Notes: generated by a model not told the origin, from the sequence alone. 64,000 nt of DNA from Gaiellaceae bacterium (GCA_035713675.1 DASSZE010000071.1:20463-84462); one strand, 5' to 3'; positions 25,184 to 34,850 are shown, counted from the first letter of the stretch. Program-made: numbers and translations.

Positions 25184-27699
25184 AGGCCGTCGTCATGGCC
25201 GGGGGAGAGGGCACGCGGCTCAGGCCGCTGACCTCCAATCAGCCGAAGCCGATGGTGCCGATCGTCGGCAAGCCGTGCATGGAGCACATCGTCGAGCTCC
25301 TCAGGCGCCACGGCTTCGAGGAGGTGATCGTCACCGTCGCGTTCCTGCCGCAGGCGATCCGGAGCTACTTCGGCAGCGGCGAGTCGCTCGGCATCGACAT
25401 CGGGTACTCGGTCGAGGAGTCGCCGCTCGGCACGGCCGGCTCCGTGAAGCGTGCGGCGGCCCGGCTCGACGACACGTTCCTCGTCATCTCGGGCGACGCG
25501 CTCTGCGACGTCGACCTGACCCGGCTCGTCGAGGCACACCGCGCGAACGAGGCCTCGGTCACGATCGGGCTCAAGTCGGTCGACAACCCGCTCGAGTTCG
25601 GGATCGTCGTCACGGACGAGGACGGCCGCGTGGAGCGCTTCCTCGAGAAGCCGTCCTGGGGCCAGGTCTTCTCGGACACGATCAACACCGGCATCTACGT
25701 CCTCGAGCCGGAGGTGCTGAAGCACATCCCGCAGGACCGGCCCTACGACTTCTCGAAGGAGCTCTTCCCGCTGCTGCTCGAGATGGGCCGGCCGATCTAC
25801 GGCCACGTCTTCGACGGCTACTGGCAGGACATCGGGAACCTCGACCAGTACCGGCAGGCGAACTTCGACGCCCTCGACGAGCGCGTCCAGCTCGAGATCC
25901 CGGGCATCCGCATCCGCGGCAACGTCTGGCTGGGGGACGGGGTGGACCTCGACGACCTCGAGGCGATCGAGGGGCCGGCGTATCTCGGCAACTACTGCCG
26001 CATCGCGCGCGGCGCCCGGGTCGGCCCGTACACCGTGCTGGCCACGAGCGTGACCGTTCGCGAACGCGCCCGTGTCGTCCGCTCGATCGTGGACACCTCG
26101 ACGTACGTCGGCCGCAGCACCGAGCTCGAGGGCGCGATCGTGGGCCGTGGCTGCGACCTGCGCGCGCACGTGCGCGTGCACCAGGGCGTCGCGATCGGGG
26201 ACGAGGTCACGGTCGGTTCCGAGAGCGTGCTCCTCCCCGATGTCCGGATCTACCCGTTCAAGGAGGTCGAGACCGGCTCGCAGCTCCACGAGAGCCTGAT
26301 CTGGGAGTCGCGCGGCACGACCCGCGTCTTCGGCAAGCAGGGAGTGGCCGGGATGGTGAACGTCGACCTCACGCCGGACGTTGCGGTGCGGCTCGCGGCC
26401 GCGCTCGGCACCGCGCTCAAGCGAGGGGCGCGCGTCGTCGCGAGCCGCGAGAGCGCCGCGGCGTGCCGGATGATCAAGCGGGCGATGATCTCGGGGATCT
26501 CGTCCACCGGCGTCCACGTCGGCGACCTGCGGATCAGCCCCGCCGCCGTCGCGCGGCACCTCGTCAAGTCGGAGGCGTACGACGCGGGCTTCCATGTCGG
26601 CGTCAGCCCGAACGACCCGGAGGTGATCCGGATCCAGTTCTTCGAGCCGCCCGGCATCGAGATGAGCGCGGCGATGCAGAAGGAGGTCGAGAAGCACTTC
26701 ACGCGCGGCGAGTTCCGCCGTGTCGCCGCCGGCGAGGTCGGAGGCATCTCCTATCCTGCGCGCGTCCGCGAGACGTACGCCGCCGAGTTGCTCTCGACGA
26801 TCGACGCCGCCGCCGTGCGCGACCGCCGCTTCCGGATCGTCGTTGACTACGGCTTCTCCGGCGCCTCGTACGTCCTCCCGCTCGTGCTCGGGCCGCTCGG
26901 TGTCGAGGTGGTCGCCGCGCACGCGTTCACCGGCGAGGGCCCGGACGAGGCCGACGTCGCGCCCGGCCTCGCGGCTGCGATCGGCCAGACGAAGCGGCTC
27001 GTGCCGGCAGTCGGCGCGGATCTCGGCGCCGTGTTCGACCGCTCGGCCGAGCGGCTCCACCTCGTCGACGAGCAGGCGCACGAGGTCCCGGTGGAGCAGG
27101 CGCTCCTGCTCTTTCTCCGCCTCCTCGGCTCCAACGGCCGCGGCGGGAAGCTCGCCTTCCCGGTCACCGTGACGAGCCAGGTCGAGCGCCTCGTCGCGGA
27201 CTCGCAGCTCGAGGTCGTGCGCACGCCGACGTCGCTCCCGGAGCTGACCCGCGCCGCGGCCGAAGGGGACGTCGTCTTCGCCGGAGCGGTGGGCGGCGGC
27301 TACGTCTTCCCGGAGTTCCTGCCCGGCTATGACGCCGTGGCGAGCCTCGCGAAGCTGCTCGAGCTGCTCGCACCGGTGAACCAGCCGCTCTCGGAGCTCG
27401 TCGCCGAGCTTCCGGAGCCGACGCTCGTCCACTACCAGGTGCCGTGCCCGTGGGCACTGAAGGGGCTCGTCATGCGAGTACTGAACGAGCGGCTCGCGGG
27501 ACGCGACCTCGACCTGACCGACGGGATCAAGCTGTTCGACGAGCGCGGCTGGGCGCAGGTGCTGCCCGATCCCGACGAGCCGCTGATCCACCTCTATGCG
27601 GAGGGGGACACACGCGAGCAGTCGGACGAGCTGGCGCGCGAGCTGCGAAGCCTCGTCGACGAGATCGAGCAGGGCGAGGCCGCAGCCAGCCGAACGTAA
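25180..27699 (+). CDS. sugar-1-phosphate nucleotidyltransferase fused to a phosphohexomutase-like domain
   Basis: 839 aa. N-terminus [18 protein letters not shown], a left-handed beta-helix segment, then a PGM/PMM-like C-terminal half with degenerate catalytic motifs. The ATG overlaps the pgsA stop (ATGA). Confidence 0.9.
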   Translation: MKAVVMAGGEGTRLRPLTSNQPKPMVPIVGKPCMEHIVELLRRHGFEEVIVTVAFLPQAIRSYFGSGESLGIDIGYSVEESPLGTAGSVKRAAARLDDTFLVISGDALCDVDLTRLVEAHRANEASVTIGLKSVDNPLEFGIVVTDEDGRVERFLEKPSWGQVFSDTINTGIYVLEPEVLKHIPQDRPYDFSKELFPLLLEMGRPIYGHVFDGYWQDIGNLDQYRQANFDALDERVQLEIPGIRIRGNVWLGDGVDLDDLEAIEGPAYLGNYCRIARGARVGPYTVLATSVTVRERARVVRSIVDTSTYVGRSTELEGAIVGRGCDLRAHVRVHQGVAIGDEVTVGSESVLLPDVRIYPFKEVETGSQLHESLIWESRGTTRVFGKQGVAGMVNVDLTPDVAVRLAAALGTALKRGARVVASRESAAACRMIKRAMISGISSTGVHVGDLRISPAAVARHLVKSEAYDAGFHVGVSPNDPEVIRIQFFEPPGIEMSAAMQKEVEKHFTRGEFRRVAAGEVGGISYPARVRETYAAELLSTIDAAAVRDRRFRIVVDYGFSGASYVLPLVLGPLGVEVVAAHAFTGEGPDEADVAPGLAAAIGQTKRLVPAVGADLGAVFDRSAERLHLVDEQAHEVPVEQALLLFLRLLGSNGRGGKLAFPVTVTSQVERLVADSQLEVVRTPTSLPELTRAAAEGDVVFAGAVGGGYVFPEFLPGYDAVASLAKLLELLAPVNQPLSELVAELPEPTLVHYQVPCPWALKGLVMRVLNERLAGRDLDLTDGIKLFDERGWAQVLPDPDEPLIHLYAEGDTREQSDELARELRSLVDEIEQGEAAASRT

Positions 27700-27764
27700 C
27701 GCTTCTGGACGCCGGCCGAACGTAAAGGCTAAAGTTCAGCTTCACCCTCGACCGAAAGGGCCCG

Positions 27765-28007
27765 ATGGAACCGCTGCCGGATCTCGCGACGCTGTCCGAC
27801 GAGGACCTCAAGAAGCTCATCGACGAGCTGACCCGCGAAGAGCAGGAGGTCTCGTACCGCCGCCGGCTCCTGCACGGGAAGATCGACATCCTTCGCGCCG
27901 AGCTCGTCGCGCGGCTGCAGGGGACGCAGGGGAGAAGCGTCCTCGACTCCGTCGACGTCGATTCGCTCACCGAGATTCTCGCCGGCAAGGCCGCGCCGCC
28001 TGCCTGA
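27765..28007 (+). CDS. 80-aa helical protein, RsiG-like (single E-x3-S-x2-R-x3-H-x3-D motif)
   Basis: Sequence ..LTREEQEVSYRRRLLHGKIDILRAEL... The stop shares 1 nt with the FHA gene ATG. Confidence 0.6.
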   Translation: MEPLPDLATLSDEDLKKLIDELTREEQEVSYRRRLLHGKIDILRAELVARLQGTQGRSVLDSVDVDSLTEILAGKAAPPA

Positions 28008-28468
28008 TGGCGCACGTCTACTGCCCGGAGTGCGGGTACAACAACCCGGAGTCCGCGCACTTCTGCGCGAAGTGCGGGGCCGCGCTCGTCGTCCCGGAAG
28101 AGGGCGAGTCGACCGAGGCGTTCACCGCTCCGGAGATGGCCGAGAGCCTCGACCCGCTCGAGGACCTCGGCGTCCACGGCGCCGCGCTCATCGTCCGCTC
28201 GGGCGGCGGCCGCGCAGGCGAGACGTTCGTACTCGAGGACAGCCCGACGACGATCGGCCGCTCGCCGGACTGCGCGATCTTCCTCGACGACGTGACCGTC
28301 TCGCGCAAGCACGCCGTGTTCAGCCGGGAGGGCGACCGCTGGATCCTCGAGGACCAGGGCAGCCTCAACGGCACCTTCGTCAACCGCGACCGGGTCGAGA
28401 CGACGGAGCTCAGCGACGGCGACGAGCTCCAGATCGGCAAGTACCGGCTCACCTTCCTCCAGCGCTGA
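28007..28468 (+). CDS. zinc-ribbon plus FHA domain protein
   Basis: N-terminal CPECG..CAKCG. FHA core ..TTIGRSPDCAIFLDDVTVSRKHAVF...DQGSLNGTFVN... Confidence 0.9.
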   Translation: MAHVYCPECGYNNPESAHFCAKCGAALVVPEEGESTEAFTAPEMAESLDPLEDLGVHGAALIVRSGGGRAGETFVLEDSPTTIGRSPDCAIFLDDVTVSRKHAVFSREGDRWILEDQGSLNGTFVNRDRVETTELSDGDELQIGKYRLTFLQR

Positions 28469-29148
28469 TGACCGTGACCGAAGCGCCTTCGCGTCGCCGG
28501 CTCCTCACGATCGGCACCGTCTGCGGCCTCCTCCAGGACGAGTTCCCGGACGTCTCGATCTCGAAGATCCGCTACCTCGAGGACCAGGGGCTGCTGACCC
28601 CGCGGCGCACGGAGGCCGGCTACCGGCTCTTCTCGGAGGACGACGTCGAACGGCTGCAGACCATCCTCCGCCTCCAGCGCGACGAGTTCCTGCCGCTGCG
28701 TGTGATCCGCGAGGAGCTCGCGGCCGGCGCGGGCAAGGAGCGGCGCCGCCGCCGCAGCGTCGTCGCGGGGGAGGAGGAGCTCGATCTCGACGAGCTGTGC
28801 GAGCGGGCCGGCATCACCGCCGACCGGGCGCGCGAGCTCGAGGACTTCGGGCTGCTCGAGCCGCGCGTCGAAGAGGGACAGCGTCTGTACGCCGAAAGTG
28901 ACGTCGACATCGCGGCCGCCTGCGAGGCGCTCGCGCGCTTCGGGATCGACGCCCGCAACCTGCGTGCCTTTCGCACCGCGGCCGATCGCGAGAGCGGGCT
29001 GCTCCAGACCGTGATCGCTCCCGCGCTCCGCTCGCGCAACGCCGAGCGGCGGCAGGCGGCTCTCGGCGACCTCCAGCGGCTCGCGCAGAGCGCCGGAGAG
29101 CTCGCCGACCTGCTCCTTCGCCGCAACGTCCGCCGCCTGGTCGAGTAG
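28468..29148 (+). CDS. MerR-family transcriptional regulator (FtsR-like context)
   Basis: ..TIGTVCGLLQDEFPDVSISKIRYLEDQGLLTPRRTEAGYRLFSEDDVERL.. with a second MerR-like half. The ATG shares 1 nt with the FHA stop. Confidence 0.88.
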   Translation: MTVTEAPSRRRLLTIGTVCGLLQDEFPDVSISKIRYLEDQGLLTPRRTEAGYRLFSEDDVERLQTILRLQRDEFLPLRVIREELAAGAGKERRRRRSVVAGEEELDLDELCERAGITADRARELEDFGLLEPRVEEGQRLYAESDVDIAAACEALARFGIDARNLRAFRTAADRESGLLQTVIAPALRSRNAERRQAALGDLQRLAQSAGELADLLLRRNVRRLVE

Positions 29149-29159
29149 CCTCCGCGCCC

Positions 29160-29681
29160 GTGGCGGCCATCGATCTCAAGACCCGGGTTCGCGAGGTGCC
29201 GGACTTTCCGGAGCCGGGCGTCGGCTTCAAGGACATCTCGCCGCTGCTCCTCGACCCCGAGGCGCTGGCCCAGGCGGTCGACGAGCTCGCCGACTGGACG
29301 CGCGCACGGGACGCCGACCTCGTGCTCGGCGCCGAGGCGCGCGGCTTCTGGCTCGGCGCGGCGGTCGCCGTGAAGGCCGGCTGCGGGTTCGTCGCGGCCC
29401 GCCGCCCCGGGAAGCTGCCGCCCGAGACCGTCTCCGCGACCTACTCGCTCGAGTACGGCGTGAACGCGCTCGAGGTGGCTGCGGACGCCATCGCGCACGG
29501 CGCTCGCGTCGTGATCCACGACGACGTCCTCGCGACCGGCGGGACGGTCGAGGCGATCGCCGGGCTCGTCGAGGATCTCGGCGGCACGGTGGTGGGGGTC
29601 AACTTCGTGATCGAGCTGTCGTTCCTGAACGGCCGCGAGCGCCTCGACGAGTACGACCTGTTCGCGCTCATCACCTACTGA
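29160..29681 (+). CDS. apt: adenine phosphoribosyltransferase
   Basis: ..VPDFPEPGVGFKDISPLL.. and PRPP loop ..VVIHDDVLATGGT... Confidence 0.95.
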   Translation: MAAIDLKTRVREVPDFPEPGVGFKDISPLLLDPEALAQAVDELADWTRARDADLVLGAEARGFWLGAAVAVKAGCGFVAARRPGKLPPETVSATYSLEYGVNALEVAADAIAHGARVVIHDDVLATGGTVEAIAGLVEDLGGTVVGVNFVIELSFLNGRERLDEYDLFALITY

Positions 29682-29724
29682 GCACTCCGTGGTCTCCGTC
29701 CGGCGTTGTCTCTACAACGTGCGC

Positions 29725-30324
29725 ATGTACGACCCGCTGACGAGCCGCTACGCCTTTGCCTGTCCGACGAAGGGCGAGACGCACGTCCTGCTCTCGGCCT
29801 TCCGCAGCATCGAGCGGCTGCCGGGAGCTACGCATCCGGCGGTCTTCCGCGTCCGGTTCGACTGCAGCTGCGGGGAGGAGCACGACGGCCTCGTCACCCA
29901 CGACGACCTCGATTGGGCGCCGCTCGGGCTCGACGCGGGCGAGTTCCTCAACCTGATGACGGCGCGGCTCGAGCCTGCGGGCGGCGAGCTCGGCGAGGTC
30001 GCCGCGGCGCGGATCAGGAGCGGGGAGTGGCCGTGGAGCTTCTTCTGCTACCCCGAGGACCGGCCGCGGCCGGTCTTCCCGTCGTCGTTCACGCTGCTGA
30101 CCGCGGCGGAGGGAACCGTGGGCCTGGCGGTTCGCTGCCCGAGCTGCCGAAGGCTCTCGCTGAATCTCGTCTCCCAGCCGCACGTCGACGTGCCGTTCCA
30201 CAACGACCGCGAGGTGGGGGTGGTCGAACACGTGTTCGCCGAGGACGCCCTGAGCACGCTCGAGGAGTTCCGGGCCGAGCTCTGGTCGACCTCGTTCGAC
30301 GCGCGCCGGCTGGCGCTCGGGTAG
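29725..30324 (+). CDS. hypothetical Cys-containing protein
   Basis: 199 aa from ATG 29725. Cys pairs (CSCGEEH, CPSC). No family recognised. Codon usage looks coding. Confidence 0.5.
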   Translation: MYDPLTSRYAFACPTKGETHVLLSAFRSIERLPGATHPAVFRVRFDCSCGEEHDGLVTHDDLDWAPLGLDAGEFLNLMTARLEPAGGELGEVAAARIRSGEWPWSFFCYPEDRPRPVFPSSFTLLTAAEGTVGLAVRCPSCRRLSLNLVSQPHVDVPFHNDREVGVVEHVFAEDALSTLEEFRAELWSTSFDARRLALG

Positions 30325-30387
30325 CGCGCACCCCGATCCGGGCAAGGGTCGTTCTACCGGCATCGGGCTACAGAAGAGGTGACATCC

Positions 30388-30987
30388 ATGCGCAGCTACG
30401 GAATGTACGACGCGTCCCGCGGCCTTACCCTCGGTTTCGCGGCGGCGCTGGCCGGCCTCGCCCTGTGGGGGGCAACCCAGGTCGGTGTGCAGACGACCGG
30501 ACGCTTCTGGATCGCGATGGCGATCGTCGCGGCGGGCGGACTCCTCCTCGCGCTCGCGAGCCACGTCGGCATGTGGACGAAGGGGCTGCGGCTGAGGCTC
30601 TCGCCGACGACGTTCCTGCTCGCGTTCCTGCCGGTGCTCGTCTGCGTCGGCTGGATCCTGATGGCGAGCCAGCCGGGTCACGGCTGGCAGGAGGGGCGGA
30701 TCCACGCCTGGAGCGACTCGATCGGGATCCTCGGCCTCGTGCACTCGGTCGGCCTCTGGCGCGGCGTCCTCGCGTTCGGGTTCGGCCTCGTGCTCGGCCT
30801 GTGCGTCGACGCCGTGCCGGCGCCCGAGATCGACGAGGCCCCGGCGTACGCCGGGCCCGCGAGCACTGCGGCCGACGAGCCCGTGGCGGCCGAGCGCCGC
30901 TGGTCGAGGCGGAGGCCTGCCGACACTCCCGCCGAGACGCCTACGGGTGAGACGACCCAGAGCGGCGAGCGGGCTCCGGCTCGCTGA
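30388..30987 (+). CDS. hypothetical integral membrane protein
   Basis: About 5 TM segments, then a Pro/Ala/Glu/Thr-rich tail. Start is ATG 30388 or GTG 30379. Confidence 0.55.
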   Translation: MRSYGMYDASRGLTLGFAAALAGLALWGATQVGVQTTGRFWIAMAIVAAGGLLLALASHVGMWTKGLRLRLSPTTFLLAFLPVLVCVGWILMASQPGHGWQEGRIHAWSDSIGILGLVHSVGLWRGVLAFGFGLVLGLCVDAVPAPEIDEAPAYAGPASTAADEPVAAERRWSRRRPADTPAETPTGETTQSGERAPAR

Positions 30988-31284
30988 GCAAGCACATCCA
31001 TCCGCGGCCGCCCCGGCGGTCATGAGGCGGCCGCGGATCCCTGCCGGGAGGGATCACGCTAAAGGGGTAGGTCCCCCGATATACAGATCGGGATGACAGT
31101 TCTCGCCCAGACTGGGACGCAACGGGGGGTGCGCCTCCTTTCAGCGCACCTCGACAGCCTCGATCCCGAGGCCCCGTCAGCGCGGGAGCGCCTCGAGGAC
31201 GAGATCGGCAGCGAGCTCGCGCGCAAGCTGTTGTTCGCGCTCGCTCCCGGCCCGGCCGGCCGGCGAGCCGCGTAAGCGAGAGCT

Positions 31285-31497
31285 CTACGGGCGCCGGCGG
31301 CGTCGCGCGGGCGCGTCCTCGCCCCGCAGCCGCACGAAGAACCAGATCCCTGCGAACGACACGAGCGCGAGCACGATCGCCGTCGCCGCACTTGTTCCGA
31401 CCGCGATCAGGCCGAAGTAGATGAACACCGCAAGGCCGATCGCCCACAGGACGGCGATGACTCCCTGGTCGATGCTCGGAGGACGCGGCGGGTGCAT
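31285..31497 (-). CDS. hypothetical 70-aa two-TM protein
   Basis: ..VIAVLWAIGLAVFIYFGLIAV..AIVLALVSFAGIWFFV.. followed by an Arg-rich tail. Confidence 0.45.
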   Translation of the reverse strand: MHPPRPPSIDQGVIAVLWAIGLAVFIYFGLIAVGTSAATAIVLALVSFAGIWFFVRLRGEDAPARRRRRP

Positions 31498-31985
31498 CGC
31501 GGCGATCGTAGATCAGGCGAGATCCGCGGCGCGGCGGGAACTGCGGCCGGCCCGGGGAGGACCAAAAAAATTCGCCGAGCTCGTCGCGGTTTCGTCCACA
31601 ACCCCGGTCGACTTTCCGCTCCGGCCCTTGCGGGCCGTCTCGTACGACCTCCCGGTGCTGCTTCGTCCTACTCCCGCGCCTCACTCGGCGCAAGAGGGAA
31701 TGTATGGCCTTTCGAGACAGCCCGCAAGGGGGTCGGAACACGAAAACCCCGCAATTTGCGAACGTTGAATAATCAACATTTCCACAGCACTCCGTGCATC
31801 CTGTGGATAAGTCACGGCCGGCATCCCGACGCGGTGGAGGGGGCCGGGCCTCACGAGCGCCGTCTCCTGCTACTTGACATAACACCGCTTATCGTGCACA
31901 GAACTTGACCCGAGGCTCCCGGCGTGTTTCGGTAGCTTCAACAGGCGGAAAGGACGTCCAGGGAGCGCCGATTGAGGGGGACCAT

Positions 31986-33059
31986 GTGACCACGGTCGAG
32001 ATCGAGTCGATCCTCGCCAGCGAGGAGCTCGTGACGCTGCTCGACGCGTCGGAGTCGAGCGGACAGCTACGGCAACTGGAGCTTCTGGAGGTGTTGGAGC
32101 CGCTCGAGCTCGACCCGCTCGAAACGGACGCGGTCTACCAGGAGCTCGACCGGCGCGGGATCGAGTTGCTCGTCGAGCCGGAGCGCGAGCCCGAGCCGGA
32201 GAAGGCGCCGCCACCACCGCCGGCCGCGCAAACGCTCGAGACGACGACCGACGCGCTGCAGCTGTTCCTGCGCGAGGCCGGCCGGCACCAGCTGCTGACG
32301 GCGGCGCAGGAGGTCGAGCTCGCCAAGCGGATCGAGCGCGGCGACCCGCTCGCGAAGCAGCGGATGATCCAGTCGAACCTCCGCCTCGTCGTCTCGATCG
32401 CGAAGAACTACCGCAACCAGGGCCTCCCCTTCCTCGACCTGATCCAGGAAGGGACGCTCGGCCTCATCCGTGCCGTCGAGAAGTTCGACTGGCGGCGCGG
32501 CTACAAGTTCTCGACCTACGCGACGTGGTGGATCCGGCAGGCCGTCGCCCGTGCGCTCGCGGACAAGGCACGCACGATCCGCATGCCCGTCCACATCGTC
32601 GAACGGATGCAGAAGATGAACCGCGCAGAGCGGACGCTCTGGATGGAGCTCGGCCGCGAGCCGACGCTCGAGGAGATCGCGAACGAAGCCTCGCTGCCCA
32701 TCGAGCAGGCGCGCGAGGTGAAGGCGGCCGCGCGTGCCTCCGCGAGCCTCGATCAGCCCGTCGGCGACCAGGAGGACGCGGTCTTCGGGGACTTCGTCGC
32801 CGGCGACGAGCCGCTCCCCGAGGAGCGGGTCGAGGGGGCGCTGAGGAGCCAGGCACTCGCCGTCGCGCTCCAGGCCCTCGGCGACCGGGAGCGGCAGGTC
32901 CTCATCCTCCGCTACGGCCTCGTCGACGAGGAGCCGAAGACGCTCGAGGAGATCGGCAAGCGGCTCGGCCTGACCCGCGAGCGCGTCCGGCAGATCGAGC
33001 TCGACTCGCTCCGCCGTCTCGCGAACCTGCGCGAGATGCAAATGGTCGCGGCGCCCTAG
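31986..33059 (+). CDS. rpoD: principal-type (group 1) sigma-70 factor
   Basis: GTG 31986 preceded by GAGGGGGA. Acidic N-terminus. Regions 1.2-4.2 include ..[14 protein letters not shown].. and ..[20 protein letters not shown]... Confidence 0.93.
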   Translation: MTTVEIESILASEELVTLLDASESSGQLRQLELLEVLEPLELDPLETDAVYQELDRRGIELLVEPEREPEPEKAPPPPPAAQTLETTTDALQLFLREAGRHQLLTAAQEVELAKRIERGDPLAKQRMIQSNLRLVVSIAKNYRNQGLPFLDLIQEGTLGLIRAVEKFDWRRGYKFSTYATWWIRQAVARALADKARTIRMPVHIVERMQKMNRAERTLWMELGREPTLEEIANEASLPIEQAREVKAAARASASLDQPVGDQEDAVFGDFVAGDEPLPEERVEGALRSQALAVALQALGDRERQVLILRYGLVDEEPKTLEEIGKRLGLTRERVRQIELDSLRRLANLREMQMVAAP

Positions 33060-33067
33060 CGGCGCGG

Positions 33068-33934
33068 CTACTCGGCGCGGAGGTAGTGCTCGAGGCCGGG
33101 GTTGGCCAGCCTCAGCTCGCGCAGCGCGCGCGTCTCCAGCTGACGGACGCGCTCGCGTGTGATGCCGAGCTCCGAGCCCACTTCCTCGAGCGTCCGCGGC
33201 GTCTCACCGTCGAGCCCGAAGCGAAGCGCCAGCACGCGGCGCATCCGCGGGTTGAGCAGCTCGAGCGCGCCGGCGAGCTCCGTCGTGCGCGCCTTGTCCG
33301 CGGTCTGGTCGTGCGGAGCCACCGCGTGGACGTCCTCGATCAGGTCGCCGTACATGCTCTCGCCGTCCCCGACCGGCGTCTCGAGGCTGACCGGATTCTC
33401 GACCAGCTCGAGCAGCTCGCGCACCCTCTCCTCGCTCTGCTGCGTGTCGCGCGCGAGCTCGGCGAGGGTCGGCTCGCGGTTGAGCTTCTGGGCGAGCTGG
33501 CGGCGAGAGCGCAGGAGGCGCCGAACCTGGTCGGCCACGTGCACGGGCAGGCGGATCGTCCTCCCCTGGTCCGCAAGCGCGCGCGTGATCGCCTGGCGGA
33601 TCCACCACGTCGCGTAGGTGGAGAGCTTGTACCCCAGCTTGTAGTCGAACTTCTCCACCGCACGGATGAGGCCGAGGTTTCCCTCCTGGATCAAGTCGAG
33701 CAGCGGGACGTCGGCCTTCGTGTAGTTGCGGGTGATCGCCATCACGAGCCGGAGGTTCGACTCGATCAGGCGCCGCTTGGCCTCCTCGTCGCCGGCGTCC
33801 TTGCGCCGGGCGAGCTCACGCTCCTCCTCTCGGGTGAGCAGCGCGCCGTTTCCGATCTGCCGCACGTAGAGCCTGAGCGGGTCTTCCGCCCTCGCCTCCT
33901 CGACCGGACCCTCTGCCGCATACGAATGGTCCAT
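33068..33934 (-). CDS. group 2 sigma-70 factor
   Basis: 288 aa with ..[18 protein letters not shown].. and ..[20 protein letters not shown]... Lacks the long acidic N-terminal region. Confidence 0.92.
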   Translation of the reverse strand: MDHSYAAEGPVEEARAEDPLRLYVRQIGNGALLTREEERELARRKDAGDEEAKRRLIESNLRLVMAITRNYTKADVPLLDLIQEGNLGLIRAVEKFDYKLGYKLSTYATWWIRQAITRALADQGRTIRLPVHVADQVRRLLRSRRQLAQKLNREPTLAELARDTQQSEERVRELLELVENPVSLETPVGDGESMYGDLIEDVHAVAPHDQTADKARTTELAGALELLNPRMRRVLALRFGLDGETPRTLEEVGSELGITRERVRQLETRALRELRLANPGLEHYLRAE

Positions 33935-33936
33935 CG

Positions 33937-33956
33937 CCCCTGTATCGGCTCAGGGG
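33937..33956 (-). promoter_or_regulatory. hairpin occluding the start region of the group 2 sigma mRNA (candidate)
   Basis: Minus-strand RNA reads UUCG-CCCCUG-AGCCGAUA-CAGGGG-CG-AUG. The 6-bp GC stem uses the only purine-rich tract in front of the AUG. Confidence 0.3.
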
Positions 33957-34046
33957 CGAATCCGCTTTAGAAAGCCATAACGAACAGCCGATACCTTGGC
34001 TACAAGGTAGACGTTGTGAAACGGAGAAATCCTTACCGACTGCGGA

Positions 34047-34850
34047 ATGTGTGGAATCGCCGGATACAGCCTGTCGCCGCGTAGCGGCGTAGACCGCACC
34101 CTTGCGGCGCAGGCGCTCCTCGCGGGAATCGCCGAGCGCGGAGCCGACGCAGTCGGCTATGCGCATCGCAGCCCATTCGAGGGATATCCGGTCGTCACGA
34201 AGCAGCGCACCCCGGCCAGCCACCTGCTCGACCGGATCAGCGTTCCCGCCGACGCGTGCGAGCTCATCGTCCACGTCCGCGACTACACGAAGGGTCATCC
34301 TTCGATTCCGGCCAACAACCATCCCGTGCGCCACGGGCCGGTCATCGGCATTCACAACGGGGTCATCGTCAACGACGACGAGCTCCTCGCCCCCCACTCC
34401 TGCGCGCGCGCCGAGCCGCGCATGACTGTCGACTCCGAGGCGATCTTCGCCCTCGCCGCCCACTCCCGCAACGATCCCCGCGCGCTCGAGGCGCTCGCCG
34501 GCTCCATGGCGACCGCCTGGCTCGACCAGCGTGAGCCCGGGACGCTCTTCGCCGCCCGCGGCGTCGGCCGGCCGCTCTGGCTCGGCCGCGGCCGGGACGA
34601 GGTCTTCTTCGCCTCCACCCGAACGGCGCTCGAGATCACGTCCGAGTACACGCACGTCAAGCTCCGCATGAGCGAGGTGCGGGACGGGACCTTCCTCGCG
34701 CTGCGGGACGGCCGCGTCGCCCGCACGGCGCGCTTCCGCCCGGATCGCAGCTACGTCGAGGAGACCGCGCTGCCGGCCGTCCGCGCTCCGGCCGAGAGCG
34801 CCTACTGCCTCCGGCGGCTCGCCGCGATCGCCGCCACGCTAGCCGCGTAG
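34047..34850 (+). CDS. stand-alone class II (Ntn) glutamine amidotransferase-like protein
   Basis: Starts MCGIAGY (nucleophile Cys2), with ..HVRDYTKG....NNHP.. and ..DSEAIF... Confidence 0.8.
   Translation: MCGIAGYSLSPRSGVDRTLAAQALLAGIAERGADAVGYAHRSPFEGYPVVTKQRTPASHLLDRISVPADACELIVHVRDYTKGHPSIPANNHPVRHGPVIGIHNGVIVNDDELLAPHSCARAEPRMTVDSEAIFALAAHSRNDPRALEALAGSMATAWLDQREPGTLFAARGVGRPLWLGRGRDEVFFASTRTALEITSEYTHVKLRMSEVRDGTFLALRDGRVARTARFRPDRSYVEETALPAVRAPAESAYCLRRLAAIAATLAA

Noticed and set aside
31874-31879. TTGACA as the rpoD promoter -35 element.
   Set aside because: No acceptable -10 (TAnnnT) lies 16-19 nt downstream, so I cannot call a promoter from sequence alone.
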